Positions 1 to 8,832 of a stretch of DNA of 33,983 nucleotides are shown piece after piece. The translations under genes and the position numbers were made by a program. The stretch comes from an uncultured beta proteobacterium. Its GTDB lineage: Bacteria; Pseudomonadota; Gammaproteobacteria; Burkholderiales; Burkholderiaceae. The notes beneath the pieces are model-generated. The model was given only the letters and a program-made list of their open reading frames with translations. It made no database searches and was not told the DNA's origin. The stretch spans positions 1-33,983 of the forward strand of contig CAIMPQ010000060.1 in assembly GCA_903843315.1 (NCBI GenBank), given 5' to 3'. Within the stretch, counting starts at the first letter, position 1. The number at the start of each line of letters is the position of its first letter.

Positions 1-56
1 ATGATGATTTAGTAGCCTTAGATCGAGCTGGCAATCTCGATTCTTTATTGGCTTAA
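1..56 (+). CDS. grxC: glutaredoxin 3, 3' end only
   Basis: Frame from position 3 reads DDLVALDRAGNLDSLLA* (TAA 54-56), a typical GrxC C-terminus; grxC-secB-gpsA is conserved synteny. Confidence 0.85.
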   Translation, partial: DDLVALDRAGNLDSLLA

Positions 57-83
57 AGCATTAATAAACATAGAAAGATAGTA

Positions 84-605
84 ATGACAGAACAGTCTAC
101 CGCGCCTCAGGAAGGGTCTGAAAGCTCACAAGAACCTGGATTTCGGATTCAGCGTATTTATTTGAAAGACCTCTCACTTGAGCAGCCTAATGCACCAAAA
201 ATTCTGTTGATTGTTGCTGACCCACAGGTAGAGGTAGAAGTTGATATTGCTGTTACCCCCTTAAATGAAAGTATTTTTGAAGTAGCCCTGAGTGCCACGG
301 TTACCGCTAAGGTAGATTCAAAGATCCTTTTTTTGGTTGAAGCTAAGCAAGCGGGTATTTTTGAGTTCAACAATATTCCACCCGAGCAAATCGATCCAAT
401 GTTGGGTATTGGGTGCCCTACCATTTTGTACCCATACCTTCGATCGAATATCTCCGACATTATTAGTCGCGCTGGATTCCAGCCAATTCATCTCAATGAA
501 ATCAACTTTCACGGCATGTATGAGCAGCGTCTAATGCAGGCTCAACAGGCGGCTGCCACTGAAGCTAGCCCTGCAGATGAGAGCAAGATTATCCTTCCAC
601 ATTAA
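84..605 (+). CDS. secB: protein-export chaperone SecB
   Basis: [27 protein letters not shown] and [10 protein letters not shown] motifs. Confidence 0.97.
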   Translation: MTEQSTAPQEGSESSQEPGFRIQRIYLKDLSLEQPNAPKILLIVADPQVEVEVDIAVTPLNESIFEVALSATVTAKVDSKILFLVEAKQAGIFEFNNIPPEQIDPMLGIGCPTILYPYLRSNISDIISRAGFQPIHLNEINFHGMYEQRLMQAQQAAATEASPADESKIILPH

Positions 606-629
606 GCTTAAAGAGCGAGCCCACAGATC

Positions 630-1652
630 ATGAAAGTGACCCTGCTTGGTGCTGGTGCTTGGGGAACAGCAATAGCCGCTCAGGCGGCCCGCTTTCTGCA
701 AGAGGATGATGTTTGTTTGTGGTCTCGAAGCGCTGAGCAATTACTAGAGATTGAAAGATCTGGTCAAAATAAATCCTATCTTCCTGATATTCAATTACCC
801 AAAAATCTGAAATTAGAAAGTCATTTTTCTAAAGCAATCGGCAGACTTTCTAGTAATGATCTATTGGTAATTGCAACACCGATGTCAGGGCTTGCAGAAA
901 CAATTGCTCAAGTACTAAAGGTGGCCAACCATCCTTTAAATATTATTTGGTTATGCAAGGGTTTAGAGCCAACGACAGCTCTGTTGCCACATCAAGTTGT
1001 TGCACGTGAACATGCGCTGCATAGTCATGGCATTCAACATGCTTATGGTGCTTTATCAGGCCCTAGCTTTGCGCGTGAGGTAGGGGCTGGAATGCCGTGC
1101 GCATTAACTATTGCTAGCACTTCAAGTCATCTATGCGAAATTGTGCAAGCAGCATTTCATCATGGAAATATGCGCATCTACTCAAGCGATGACTTGATTG
1201 GTGTTGAACTGGGCGGAGCCATTAAGAATGTCTTGGCAATTGCTGCGGGAATTGGTGATGGTCTAGATTTAGGGTTGAATGCTCGCGCAGCAGTTCTTAC
1301 CAGAGGCTTAGCTGAAATGATGCGTTTGGTTAAAGCTGCTGGCGGTAGACCTGAAACTTGCATGGGTTTAACTGGCGTCGGAGATTTGATTTTGACTGCT
1401 ACCGGTGATCTATCTCGTAATCGCCGCGTTGGGCTAGAGCTTGCCGCTGGAAAGTCATTGAGTGAGATCTTGGCTGGTTTAGGTCATGTTGCAGAGGGCG
1501 TTCTTTGTGCCGAAGCAGTTGCTGATTTGGCCAGGCGCTTAAAGGTGGAGATGCCAATCACCGTAATGATGGGTGATGTGTTATCTAGTAAGCTCACCGC
1601 GCATGATGCTATCAAAAAACTGATGGGCCGTGATCCAAAAATCGAAGCTTAA
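630..1652 (+). CDS. gpsA: NAD(P)H-dependent glycerol-3-phosphate dehydrogenase
   Basis: GAGAWGTA Rossmann motif, LSGPSFA, GGAIKNV, GDLILTATGDLSRN. Confidence 0.97.
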   Translation: MKVTLLGAGAWGTAIAAQAARFLQEDDVCLWSRSAEQLLEIERSGQNKSYLPDIQLPKNLKLESHFSKAIGRLSSNDLLVIATPMSGLAETIAQVLKVANHPLNIIWLCKGLEPTTALLPHQVVAREHALHSHGIQHAYGALSGPSFAREVGAGMPCALTIASTSSHLCEIVQAAFHHGNMRIYSSDDLIGVELGGAIKNVLAIAAGIGDGLDLGLNARAAVLTRGLAEMMRLVKAAGGRPETCMGLTGVGDLILTATGDLSRNRRVGLELAAGKSLSEILAGLGHVAEGVLCAEAVADLARRLKVEMPITVMMGDVLSSKLTAHDAIKKLMGRDPKIEA

Positions 1653-1669
1653 TTTTTTGTAGTTTATTT

Positions 1670-2140
1670 TTAATTGCCGCCAACGAGCCCATTTTGGCGC
1701 CAGGCTTCGTATACAACAACCGCTACGGTATTCGATAGATTTAGACTGCGACTACTATCTTGCATTGCTAAACGCATTTGATTCTTTGGTGGAATTGAAT
1801 TGCGCACTTCATCAGTAATACCTTTGGTTTCTGATCCAAAAACAAAGTAATCATTTAGAGCATATTTGCCCTCATGAAATTTTTCATCTCCTTTGGTTGT
1901 TAAAGCAAAAAGATGCTGTAGATTGGGTTGCTCATCTTTTAAAAACTGCGCCCAACTAGCGTGCACTTTCACGCTAGCAAATTCGTGATAGTCAAGGCCA
2001 GCCCTTCTTAACTTGGCATCTTCCATCGGAAATCCCAAAGGCTCAATTAGATGTAATTTCGCCCCTGTATTGGCGCATAAGCGGATGATGTTGCCGGTAT
2101 TGGGTGGAATTTCTGGTTCGAATAAGACAATATTAAACAT
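1670..2140 (-). CDS. trmL: tRNA (cytidine/uridine(34)-2'-O)-methyltransferase, SPOUT family
   Basis: PEIPPNTGNIIRLCAN, LRRAGLDY, FGSETKG, RSLNLSN. Confidence 0.96.
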   Translation of the reverse strand: MFNIVLFEPEIPPNTGNIIRLCANTGAKLHLIEPLGFPMEDAKLRRAGLDYHEFASVKVHASWAQFLKDEQPNLQHLFALTTKGDEKFHEGKYALNDYFVFGSETKGITDEVRNSIPPKNQMRLAMQDSSRSLNLSNTVAVVVYEAWRQNGLVGGN

Positions 2141-2163
2141 GCTGTGTTCTTAATCTCATTTCT

Positions 2164-2907
2164 TTATAAAGGCTTAGAGGTTCTGAGTAACACCCAATTC
2201 GTTACTCTCTTGACTCCATTGTCCTTCAGAACGCGAGCAATTTCATTCAGGGTAGCCCCACTCGTCATAACATCGTCAAAAACGATAACCGAATGATCTT
2301 TTAGCAGTTCGAGATGCCCTTCTTCAATGTAAAACATCCCTTGTATTGCTTGCATCCTATCCGCATGTTTACTGCCTGCTTGCCGCCCTGAAAAATGCTG
2401 GCGTTTTAATGTGTAAGGCATTTTTTGAATATGCGGTCCACAGCGGATTCTTCTAGCTATTTCCCAGCTTTGATTAAACCCACGCAAAGCTAACTTTTTA
2501 GGACTCAGTGGAACGGGAAGAAGGTAGGCTGCGTTAGCATCCATCAACTGCTGCGCGAAAACTGCATTCCATGCTGTTGCAAGACCGAGGGCATAGGCTA
2601 AACGTTTTTGGTATTTGAGTTGATGCACCGCATTTTGTAGTACTCCCTCGTAGCGATCTAGGCAATAGCTTGCATCAAAATAGGGCGAATGTTTTTTGCA
2701 TTGTCCGCAATGCTGCTCTTTGATTTCTGAAGCATGGAGGGAGATACCACATTGGTGACAGCATTCGTAATTGAATAGACCTTGGTCATACAGGGATTGC
2801 AAGCAGTTATTGCATATAGTAGCTTTTTGATGGTGTTCGCAAACGATACAAGCCGTTGGCAAAACTTGCTCGGTAATACATTGAAAAATCTTCTCTAGAA
2901 ATCGCAT
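2164..2907 (-). CDS. comF: ComF family protein (double zinc ribbon plus PRTase domain)
   Basis: Four CxxC pairs (CIVC, CNNC, CHQC, CGQC), RGFNQS, and PRPP-binding loop VFDDVMTSGATL. Start moved to ATG 2907 so that it does not overlap the divergent gene. Confidence 0.9.
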   Translation of the reverse strand: MRFLEKIFQCITEQVLPTACIVCEHHQKATICNNCLQSLYDQGLFNYECCHQCGISLHASEIKEQHCGQCKKHSPYFDASYCLDRYEGVLQNAVHQLKYQKRLAYALGLATAWNAVFAQQLMDANAAYLLPVPLSPKKLALRGFNQSWEIARRIRCGPHIQKMPYTLKRQHFSGRQAGSKHADRMQAIQGMFYIEEGHLELLKDHSVIVFDDVMTSGATLNEIARVLKDNGVKRVTNWVLLRTSKPL

Positions 2908-2930
2908 GGGGCGCTGAGTATACTGAGCCA

Positions 2931-3728
2931 ATGACCCAGCCGATCAGATGGTTACAAGACGAAATTGCAGACCGTATGTTGCAAAAACTGGATATCGTCA
3001 AATTAGACATTAAAGATATTTTGATCGTTCCAGATTTCCCCGGGAAGCATTTGTCAGCTTTTGCAAAGCGTTACCCCACGGCGGCTATTTTGAGCGTTAC
3101 CGAGAAGGGTATTTCTGGTTTTGAAATGTGGCGCTCGAAAGTGATGAGTAACTGGCGATCTTTGTTTAGTAGTAATACAACGGCCTTTGCCACTTATCAA
3201 TTAAATGGAAGATTTGATCTTCCGGATAATTCTGTGGATTTGGTTTTTAGTGACTTAATGTTGCAAGACTTGCCTGATCCGCGTCATTTCTTGAAAGAGT
3301 GTTGGCGTGTTCTACGGGAGGGTGGTTTGGTCACCTTTAGTTATTTAGGGCCCGATACCGGTAAAGAGCTGCGTACTCTTGAACCAGGAGTACTCAAGTT
3401 AAAAAACTTATTGAGCCCTTGGGATATGCACGATATGGGCGACGCCCTCATGGGAGAACGTTTTTCAGACCCAGTAATGGATATGGAGTATCTACATCTT
3501 GATTACGAAACAGACTCTCTTTTGCTAGCTGATGCAAAGGCATTGAAATTGCTTCAAGAGCCCGCAGCTGAAATGCCAAAAAAAGGCGTTTTGCCCAAAA
3601 AAATGACTTTAGAGGTGGTTTATGGGCATGCATGGGCGATCGGAAAGCACCTAGCCAGAGCACAAGACAGGGTCGCCTATATTGATATAAATCAAATTGG
3701 ACGCAAGACTAGGTCAGATTCTGCTTAA
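2931..3728 (+). CDS. BioC-like class I SAM-dependent methyltransferase
   Basis: EIADRMLQKL, SVDLVFS, RVLREGG, GPDT, DMHDMGDAL and DPVMDME match the BioC-like proteins found divergent from comF. Motif I is degenerate. Confidence 0.8.
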   Translation: MTQPIRWLQDEIADRMLQKLDIVKLDIKDILIVPDFPGKHLSAFAKRYPTAAILSVTEKGISGFEMWRSKVMSNWRSLFSSNTTAFATYQLNGRFDLPDNSVDLVFSDLMLQDLPDPRHFLKECWRVLREGGLVTFSYLGPDTGKELRTLEPGVLKLKNLLSPWDMHDMGDALMGERFSDPVMDMEYLHLDYETDSLLLADAKALKLLQEPAAEMPKKGVLPKKMTLEVVYGHAWAIGKHLARAQDRVAYIDINQIGRKTRSDSA

Positions 3729-3790
3729 GTGTAAGTGCTTACTATCATTTAAACCTCGGTCAAGATTGGATGAGGCTGGGTTATCCCTGT

Positions 3791-3819
3791 TTGTTGTTAA
3801 GTCCAATTAACCCTATAAT
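3791..3819 (+). promoter_or_regulatory. sigma70-type promoter of the cox operon
   Basis: TTGTTG (3791-3796), 17 nt spacer, perfect TATAAT (3814-3819), about 90 nt upstream of coxB. Confidence 0.6.
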
Positions 3820-3908
3820 CACCGCTGGAAGTATTGGCTTGATACCGCTTTTTGGGCATTTTGTGGCGCTTTTTGGCACTTTGCCCGCGACAATAAACAG
3901 AGAATAAG

Positions 3909-5066
3909 ATGAATTTATTTGGAAAAGTCACTAGGGCTTTGCTCTATTTAATAGCAGCCTTTGGCACTGCTTTTGCGAACGCAAGTGAAAATATGCCTGG
4001 GGGCCCAGCTGTAAATCAGCTGAACTTTGCTGCCCCAGCAACCAAAATCATGCAAGAAATCCATTGGCTACATTGGATGATGTTAGTAATTTGTGCATTG
4101 ATTTTTGTCGGCGTTTTTGGAGTGATGTTCTATTCCATCTTGAAGCACCGCAAATCATTGGGCCACAAATCTGCTTCTTTCCACGAGAGTACAACTGTTG
4201 AAATTATTTGGACAGTGATTCCACTTTTAATCGTCATCGGTATGGCATTGCCGGCAACAAAGACCGTTGTGGCGATGAAAGATACAACCAATTCAGATAT
4301 CACCATTAAGACCACTGGTTATCAGTGGAAATGGGGCTACGATTACATCAAGGGCGAAGGCGAAGGTATTAGCTTCTTGTCTACCCTATCTACTTCACGC
4401 GAAGCCATTAATAACTTGGCGCCAAAATCAAATACGTATTTGATGGAAGTAGACAATGAAATGGTTGTGCCTGTTGGCAAGAAAATTCGATTGATTACTA
4501 CTGCTAACGACGTAATTCATGCATGGACTATTCCAGCATTCGGCGTTAAGCAAGATGCGATCCCAGGATTTGTTCGCGATACTTGGTTCAGAGCAGATAT
4601 GATCGGCACCTTCCGTGGCCAATGTTCTGAGCTTTGCGGTGCAGAGCACGCATTTATGCCTATCGTTGTAAAGGTTGTTTCTCAAGATGACTACACGGCT
4701 TGGGTTGCGCAAAAGAAAAAAGAAATGGGCGCTGCAGGCGATGATCCTTCAAAGGTCTACACATTAGATGAGCAAAAAGAACGCGGTGCAAAAGTGTATG
4801 CCGCGAACTGTGCTGCTTGCCACCAAGCAAACGGTAAAGGCGCTGGCGCTTTTCCAGCTCTTGACGGTAGCAAAGTGGTCAATGGGCCTAAAGATGGCCA
4901 ATACAACATCCTCATCAACGGTAAAGGTGCGATGCCTAAATGGGCAGGCGTAATTTCTGATAGCGATATCGCCGCAGTGATGACCTATACCCGTAACGCT
5001 TGGGGTAATAAAACGGGTGAAGTAATTCAGACCCAAGAAATTATTACTGCGCGCGGCGGCAAGTAA
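3909..5066 (+). CDS. coxB: cytochrome c oxidase subunit II with C-terminal cytochrome c domain
   Basis: EIIWTVIP, GYQWKWGY, CuA ligands DVIHAW and CSELCGAEHAFM, C-terminal heme c motif CAACH with a distal MP. Confidence 0.97.
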   Translation: MNLFGKVTRALLYLIAAFGTAFANASENMPGGPAVNQLNFAAPATKIMQEIHWLHWMMLVICALIFVGVFGVMFYSILKHRKSLGHKSASFHESTTVEIIWTVIPLLIVIGMALPATKTVVAMKDTTNSDITIKTTGYQWKWGYDYIKGEGEGISFLSTLSTSREAINNLAPKSNTYLMEVDNEMVVPVGKKIRLITTANDVIHAWTIPAFGVKQDAIPGFVRDTWFRADMIGTFRGQCSELCGAEHAFMPIVVKVVSQDDYTAWVAQKKKEMGAAGDDPSKVYTLDEQKERGAKVYAANCAACHQANGKGAGAFPALDGSKVVNGPKDGQYNILINGKGAMPKWAGVISDSDIAAVMTYTRNAWGNKTGEVIQTQEIITARGGK

Positions 5067-5108
5067 TTCAGATTAACTAATACAGATAAAACGAAACCGG
5101 AGCAATCC

Positions 5109-6752
5109 ATGAGCACAGTCTCTACTACCCACGATCACGATCACGCACACGATCATGCGCATGATCATGATCACGCGCATGATGATCACACGCCACACGG
5201 TTGGCGTCGTTGGTTGTTTGCAACCAATCACAAAGACATCGGCACGATGTATTTGATTTTCTCGTTTATCAGCTTGTTGGCTGGTGGCGTGATGGCTTTG
5301 GGAATTCGCTTGGAGCTATTCCAGCCTGGTTTGCAATTTTTGCGCCCCGAGTTCTTTAACCAATTAACTACCATGCATGGTTTGGTGATGGTATTCGGCG
5401 CGATCATGCCGGCCTTCGTTGGTTTTGCTAACTGGATGGTGCCTTTGCAAATCGGTGCATCTGATATGGCATTTGCTCGTATGAACAACTTCAGCTTCTG
5501 GATTCTGCCAGTGGCGGCGACTTTGTTATTGAGCTCATTCCTGGTTCCTGGTGGCGCACCATCAGGCGGCTGGACAATCTATGCTCCGCTGACATCCCAG
5601 ATGGGTCCTGGAATGGATATGGCCATTTTTGCCCTCCATTTATTGGGTGCGTCTTCCATCATGGGTTCAATTAACATCATTGTGACCATTTTGAATATGC
5701 GCGCGCCAGGCTTGACCCTGATGAAGATGCCAATGTTCTGCTGGACATGGTTAATTACTGCGTATTTGTTGATTGCTGTGATGCCTGTATTGGCTGGCGC
5801 AATTACGATGGTGTTGACTGACCGTCACTTTGGTACCTCCTTCTTCTCTGCTGTTGGTGGTGGCGACCCAATTATGTTCCAGCATATTTTCTGGTTCTTT
5901 GGGCACCCTGAGGTTTACATCATGATTCTTCCAGCATTTGGAATCGTCAGCGAAATCATCCCAACCTTCTCCAGAAAAACTTTGTTTGGCTATAGCTCGA
6001 TGGTTTATGCAACCGCATCCATTGCGATCTTGTCATTCATCGTTTGGGCTCACCACATGTTTGCCACTGGTATGCCAGTAACTGGTCAGTTGTTCTTCAT
6101 GTACGCAACGATGTTGATTGCCGTTCCAACGGGCGTGAAGATTTTTAACTGGGTTGCAACGATGTGGAAAGGGTCAATGACCTTTGAAACGCCCATGTTG
6201 TGGGCTATTGGTTTCATCTTCGTATTTACGATGGGTGGCTTTACTGGTTTGATCTTGGCATTGGCGCCAATTGATATCGGCGTTCAAGATACTTACTATG
6301 TGGTTGCTCACTTCCACTATGTATTGGTAGCAGGCTCATTATTTGCGATGTTCGCTGGCTTCTACTACTGGTGTCCAAAGTGGACCGGCTACATGGCTAA
6401 TGAAACTCGCGGCAAGATCCACTTCTGGACTTCCATGATTTTCTTTAACTTAACCTTCTTCCCAATGCACTTCTTGGGTCTAGCTGGTATGCCACGTCGC
6501 TATGCTGACTACCCAACTCAGTTTGCTGACTTCAATGCGATTGCTTCGATTGGCGCCTTGGGTTTTGGCTTGTCGCAAGTATATTTCTTGTTCTTTGTTG
6601 TGATGCCAGCTTATCGTGGTCAAGGCGAAAAAGCGTCAATGAAGCCATGGGAGGGAGCAAAAGGTTTGGAGTGGACAATCCCTTCACCAGCGCCACACCA
6701 TACATTTGAGACTCCTCCTAGTGCAGAGCAAATGCGTGAAGCAGGAGTTTAA
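5109..6752 (+). CDS. ctaD: cytochrome c oxidase subunit I, A1 type
   Basis: TNHKDIG, WFFGHPEVY, VWAHHMF, VAHFHYV, GMPRR. Confidence 0.98.
   Translation: MSTVSTTHDHDHAHDHAHDHDHAHDDHTPHGWRRWLFATNHKDIGTMYLIFSFISLLAGGVMALGIRLELFQPGLQFLRPEFFNQLTTMHGLVMVFGAIMPAFVGFANWMVPLQIGASDMAFARMNNFSFWILPVAATLLLSSFLVPGGAPSGGWTIYAPLTSQMGPGMDMAIFALHLLGASSIMGSINIIVTILNMRAPGLTLMKMPMFCWTWLITAYLLIAVMPVLAGAITMVLTDRHFGTSFFSAVGGGDPIMFQHIFWFFGHPEVYIMILPAFGIVSEIIPTFSRKTLFGYSSMVYATASIAILSFIVWAHHMFATGMPVTGQLFFMYATMLIAVPTGVKIFNWVATMWKGSMTFETPMLWAIGFIFVFTMGGFTGLILALAPIDIGVQDTYYVVAHFHYVLVAGSLFAMFAGFYYWCPKWTGYMANETRGKIHFWTSMIFFNLTFFPMHFLGLAGMPRRYADYPTQFADFNAIASIGALGFGLSQVYFLFFVVMPAYRGQGEKASMKPWEGAKGLEWTIPSPAPHHTFETPPSAEQMREAGV
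5130..5189 (+). repeat. coding hexamer repeat encoding a His-Asp/His-Ala tract
   Basis: CAYGAT/CAYGCR units encode HDHDHAHDHAHDHDHAHDDH at the CtaD N-terminus. Confidence 0.85.
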
Positions 6753-6867
6753 TTCTTCAGCTAAGCAAGCCCAATCCGCGAACAATCGCCGATTGGGGTT
6801 TGTGCTTTTAAGCGTTGTGCTGACCTTTTTTATTGGTATTGTGATTAAACGGAGCATGTTGGGTTAA
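6736..6867 (+). CDS. cytochrome oxidase small assembly protein, 43 aa, one TM helix
   Basis: Not in the ORF track. GTG 6736 to TAA 6867 gives MKQEFNSSAKQAQSANNRRLGFVLLSVVLTFFIGIVIKRSMLG. The NRRLG...FF.G...K pattern and position between ctaD and ctaG match betaproteobacterial small cox proteins. Start is uncertain. Confidence 0.8.
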   Translation: MKQEFNSSAKQAQSANNRRLGFVLLSVVLTFFIGIVIKRSMLG

Positions 6868-6881
6868 TCCCGCCGATTGCG

Positions 6882-7466
6882 ATGGTTACTACTCAAACAC
6901 TCAATCGTCAGATTTTGTTAAAGCTCTTAATTGCAGCTGTGATGATGTTTGGCTTTGGTTACGCCCTAGTTCCGATGTACAAGGCCTTGTGCGAAGTAAC
7001 TGGGATTAACGTCGTCACCAATAAGAATGATTATGGCGTTAGAGCTTTTAGTCCTAACAAGGTTGGCAATACTCAAGTGAACTATGCTCGCACAGTCACT
7101 ATTGAGTTTGATTCCAATAGCCGTGGACCATTTACTTTCAAGCCGGTGAAGAACTTCTTAGAAGTTCATCCCGGTGAGATGACTGAAATTGTTTATGAAG
7201 TAACAAATAATCTTGGTCGTGTAGTACGAGCTCAAGCCATTCCGAGTTATGCACCTAAGAGCGCAACGGAGTTTTTTACTAAATTAGAGTGTTTTTGTTT
7301 TCAGGAACAAACACTAGCTGCAAATGAAACGAAGAAGATGCCGGTAGTTTTTGTAATTGATGCAGGCTTGCCTGATGACGTGAAAACAATTACTTTGTCA
7401 TACACCTTCTTTGAGTTGGGTTTGGGCGGTACACCACCCGCTCCTAAATCGAAGGTGGTTTCATGA
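6882..7466 (+). CDS. ctaG: cytochrome c oxidase assembly protein Cox11/CtaG
   Basis: MFGFGYALVPMYKALCEVTG and copper-binding KLECFCF. Confidence 0.95.
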   Translation: MVTTQTLNRQILLKLLIAAVMMFGFGYALVPMYKALCEVTGINVVTNKNDYGVRAFSPNKVGNTQVNYARTVTIEFDSNSRGPFTFKPVKNFLEVHPGEMTEIVYEVTNNLGRVVRAQAIPSYAPKSATEFFTKLECFCFQEQTLAANETKKMPVVFVIDAGLPDDVKTITLSYTFFELGLGGTPPAPKSKVVS

Positions 7467-7657
7467 AGAAGAAAAGTAGTTTTATGCAGTCTATGAAAGC
7501 CGTGATGTGGGGCTTTTTGGGGGTGCGTAAGAAAGCAGGTTTGCAGGAAGATGTAGCGTCACTCAGTTTTGTACACATTATCATTGCAGGAGTCATTGGT
7601 GCCTTGATTTTTATGAGCGTCCTGTTGTTGATAGTGAAAGCAGTTGTTTCCCATTGA
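7463..7657 (+). CDS. DUF2970-like small membrane protein
   Basis: KAVMWGFLGVRK and HIIIAG motifs; ATGA overlap with ctaG; usual position in this operon. Confidence 0.8.
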   Translation: MKKKSSFMQSMKAVMWGFLGVRKKAGLQEDVASLSFVHIIIAGVIGALIFMSVLLLIVKAVVSH

Positions 7658-7686
7658 TTATTTTTTGATTGAATAGAGAGAATAAG

Positions 7687-8541
7687 ATGTCATCCAATTC
7701 AACCCCATACTATTATGTCCCAGCACTATCTCGGCACCCAGCCATGGCGGCCCTCGGCTTAATTGCTTTTGGCGCTGGTATGTCTGGCTGGGTAAATCAC
7801 ACCCCTTGGGGCGGTCCTCTGAGCCTAGTTGGTGTGGCTTGGATATTGTTTGTTCTCTATCACTGGTTTGGTGACACGATCGCTGAATCCAATGCCGGTA
7901 TGAATGGCGTTAATGTCGATATCTCTTACCGTTGGTCGATGGCCTGGTTCATCTTTTCTGAAATTATGTTCTTTGCCGCATTCTTTTCGGCCTTGTTTTA
8001 TGCGCGCAATATTGCGATGCCTTGGATGGGTGACGTTGAGAGCAAACTAATTTGGCCTAATTTCCAGGCCGTTTGGCCTAACGATGGTCCTGCTGGTTTG
8101 GTTGAGAAATTCACCACCATGGGTCCTTGGCCAATTCCAACGATTAATACATTGTTATTGCTCAGCTCTGGTGTAACGATTACGATTTCGCATCACGCTT
8201 TAGTTGAAAACCACATGAAGAAAGCGATCATTGCCCTGTCTGCAACGGTTGTTTTAGGTTTTATCTTCTTACTGTTCCAGGGTTACGAGTACTACCATGC
8301 TTATCACGAGTTGAACTTGAAATTGACCTCTGGTATTTATGGCTCAACCTTCTTCATGTTGACTGGTTTCCATGGCTTCCACGTATTCCTTGGTGGCACG
8401 ATGTTGGCGATCGTTTTGCGCCGGATGATTCGCGGCGACTTTACCGCTAAGCATCATTTTGCTTTTGAGGGTGCTGCTTGGTACTGGCACTTCGTTGACG
8501 TTGTCTGGCTAGGTCTGTACATCGCTGTCTACTGGATGTAA
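7687..8541 (+). CDS. coxC: cytochrome c oxidase subunit III
   Basis: WFIFSEIMFF, NTLLLLSSG, TGFHGFHV, AAWYWHFVDVVW. ATG 7687 chosen as start. Confidence 0.97.
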   Translation: MSSNSTPYYYVPALSRHPAMAALGLIAFGAGMSGWVNHTPWGGPLSLVGVAWILFVLYHWFGDTIAESNAGMNGVNVDISYRWSMAWFIFSEIMFFAAFFSALFYARNIAMPWMGDVESKLIWPNFQAVWPNDGPAGLVEKFTTMGPWPIPTINTLLLLSSGVTITISHHALVENHMKKAIIALSATVVLGFIFLLFQGYEYYHAYHELNLKLTSGIYGSTFFMLTGFHGFHVFLGGTMLAIVLRRMIRGDFTAKHHFAFEGAAWYWHFVDVVWLGLYIAVYWM

Positions 8542-8552
8542 GTAGAATAAGA

Positions 8553-8582
8553 AATCGGGGCCTTCAGCCCCGATTCGTTTTT
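8553..8582 (+). terminator. rho-independent terminator after coxC, possibly bidirectional
   Basis: AATCGGGGC-CTTCA-GCCCCGATT followed by CGTTTTT, between convergent genes. Confidence 0.8.
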
Positions 8583-8605
8583 AGGAATTCTATTTTTATC
8601 TAGCT

Positions 8606-8818
8606 TTAGTTTGTACCCACTTTGATTCCAGTTGGCTGTATTAGGCCAAAGTAGTAAGCAAGCAGGATGCCCAGGAATAGCGCAAGTGATAGACCAATGC
8701 GTAGCATCAGCGAGTGAACCATTCTGGAGCTATTGCCCCGATCTTTCATCATGTAATACAGCGCAGATCCTAGGCTGCCAACAATCATTAGTAGGACAAT
8801 CGGAATAATCCACTTCAT
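8606..8818 (-). CDS. twin transmembrane helix small protein (DUF2909-like)
   Basis: SLGSALYYMMKD...RMVHSLMLRIGLS, two TM helices, AAGGA SD; conserved antisense position after coxC. Confidence 0.88.
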   Translation of the reverse strand: MKWIIPIVLLMIVGSLGSALYYMMKDRGNSSRMVHSLMLRIGLSLALFLGILLAYYFGLIQPTGIKVGTN

Positions 8819-8832
8819 CTCAAATCCTTAAC

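Noticed and set aside
3731-3742. Short palindrome GTAAG-TG-CTTAC, and GTAAGCTTAC near 17586-17595
   Set aside because: Too short, with inconsistent spacing between the two copies; no regulator can be assigned.
4760-5066. Cytochrome c domain fused to CoxB
   Set aside because: Real, but a well-known architecture in this group.
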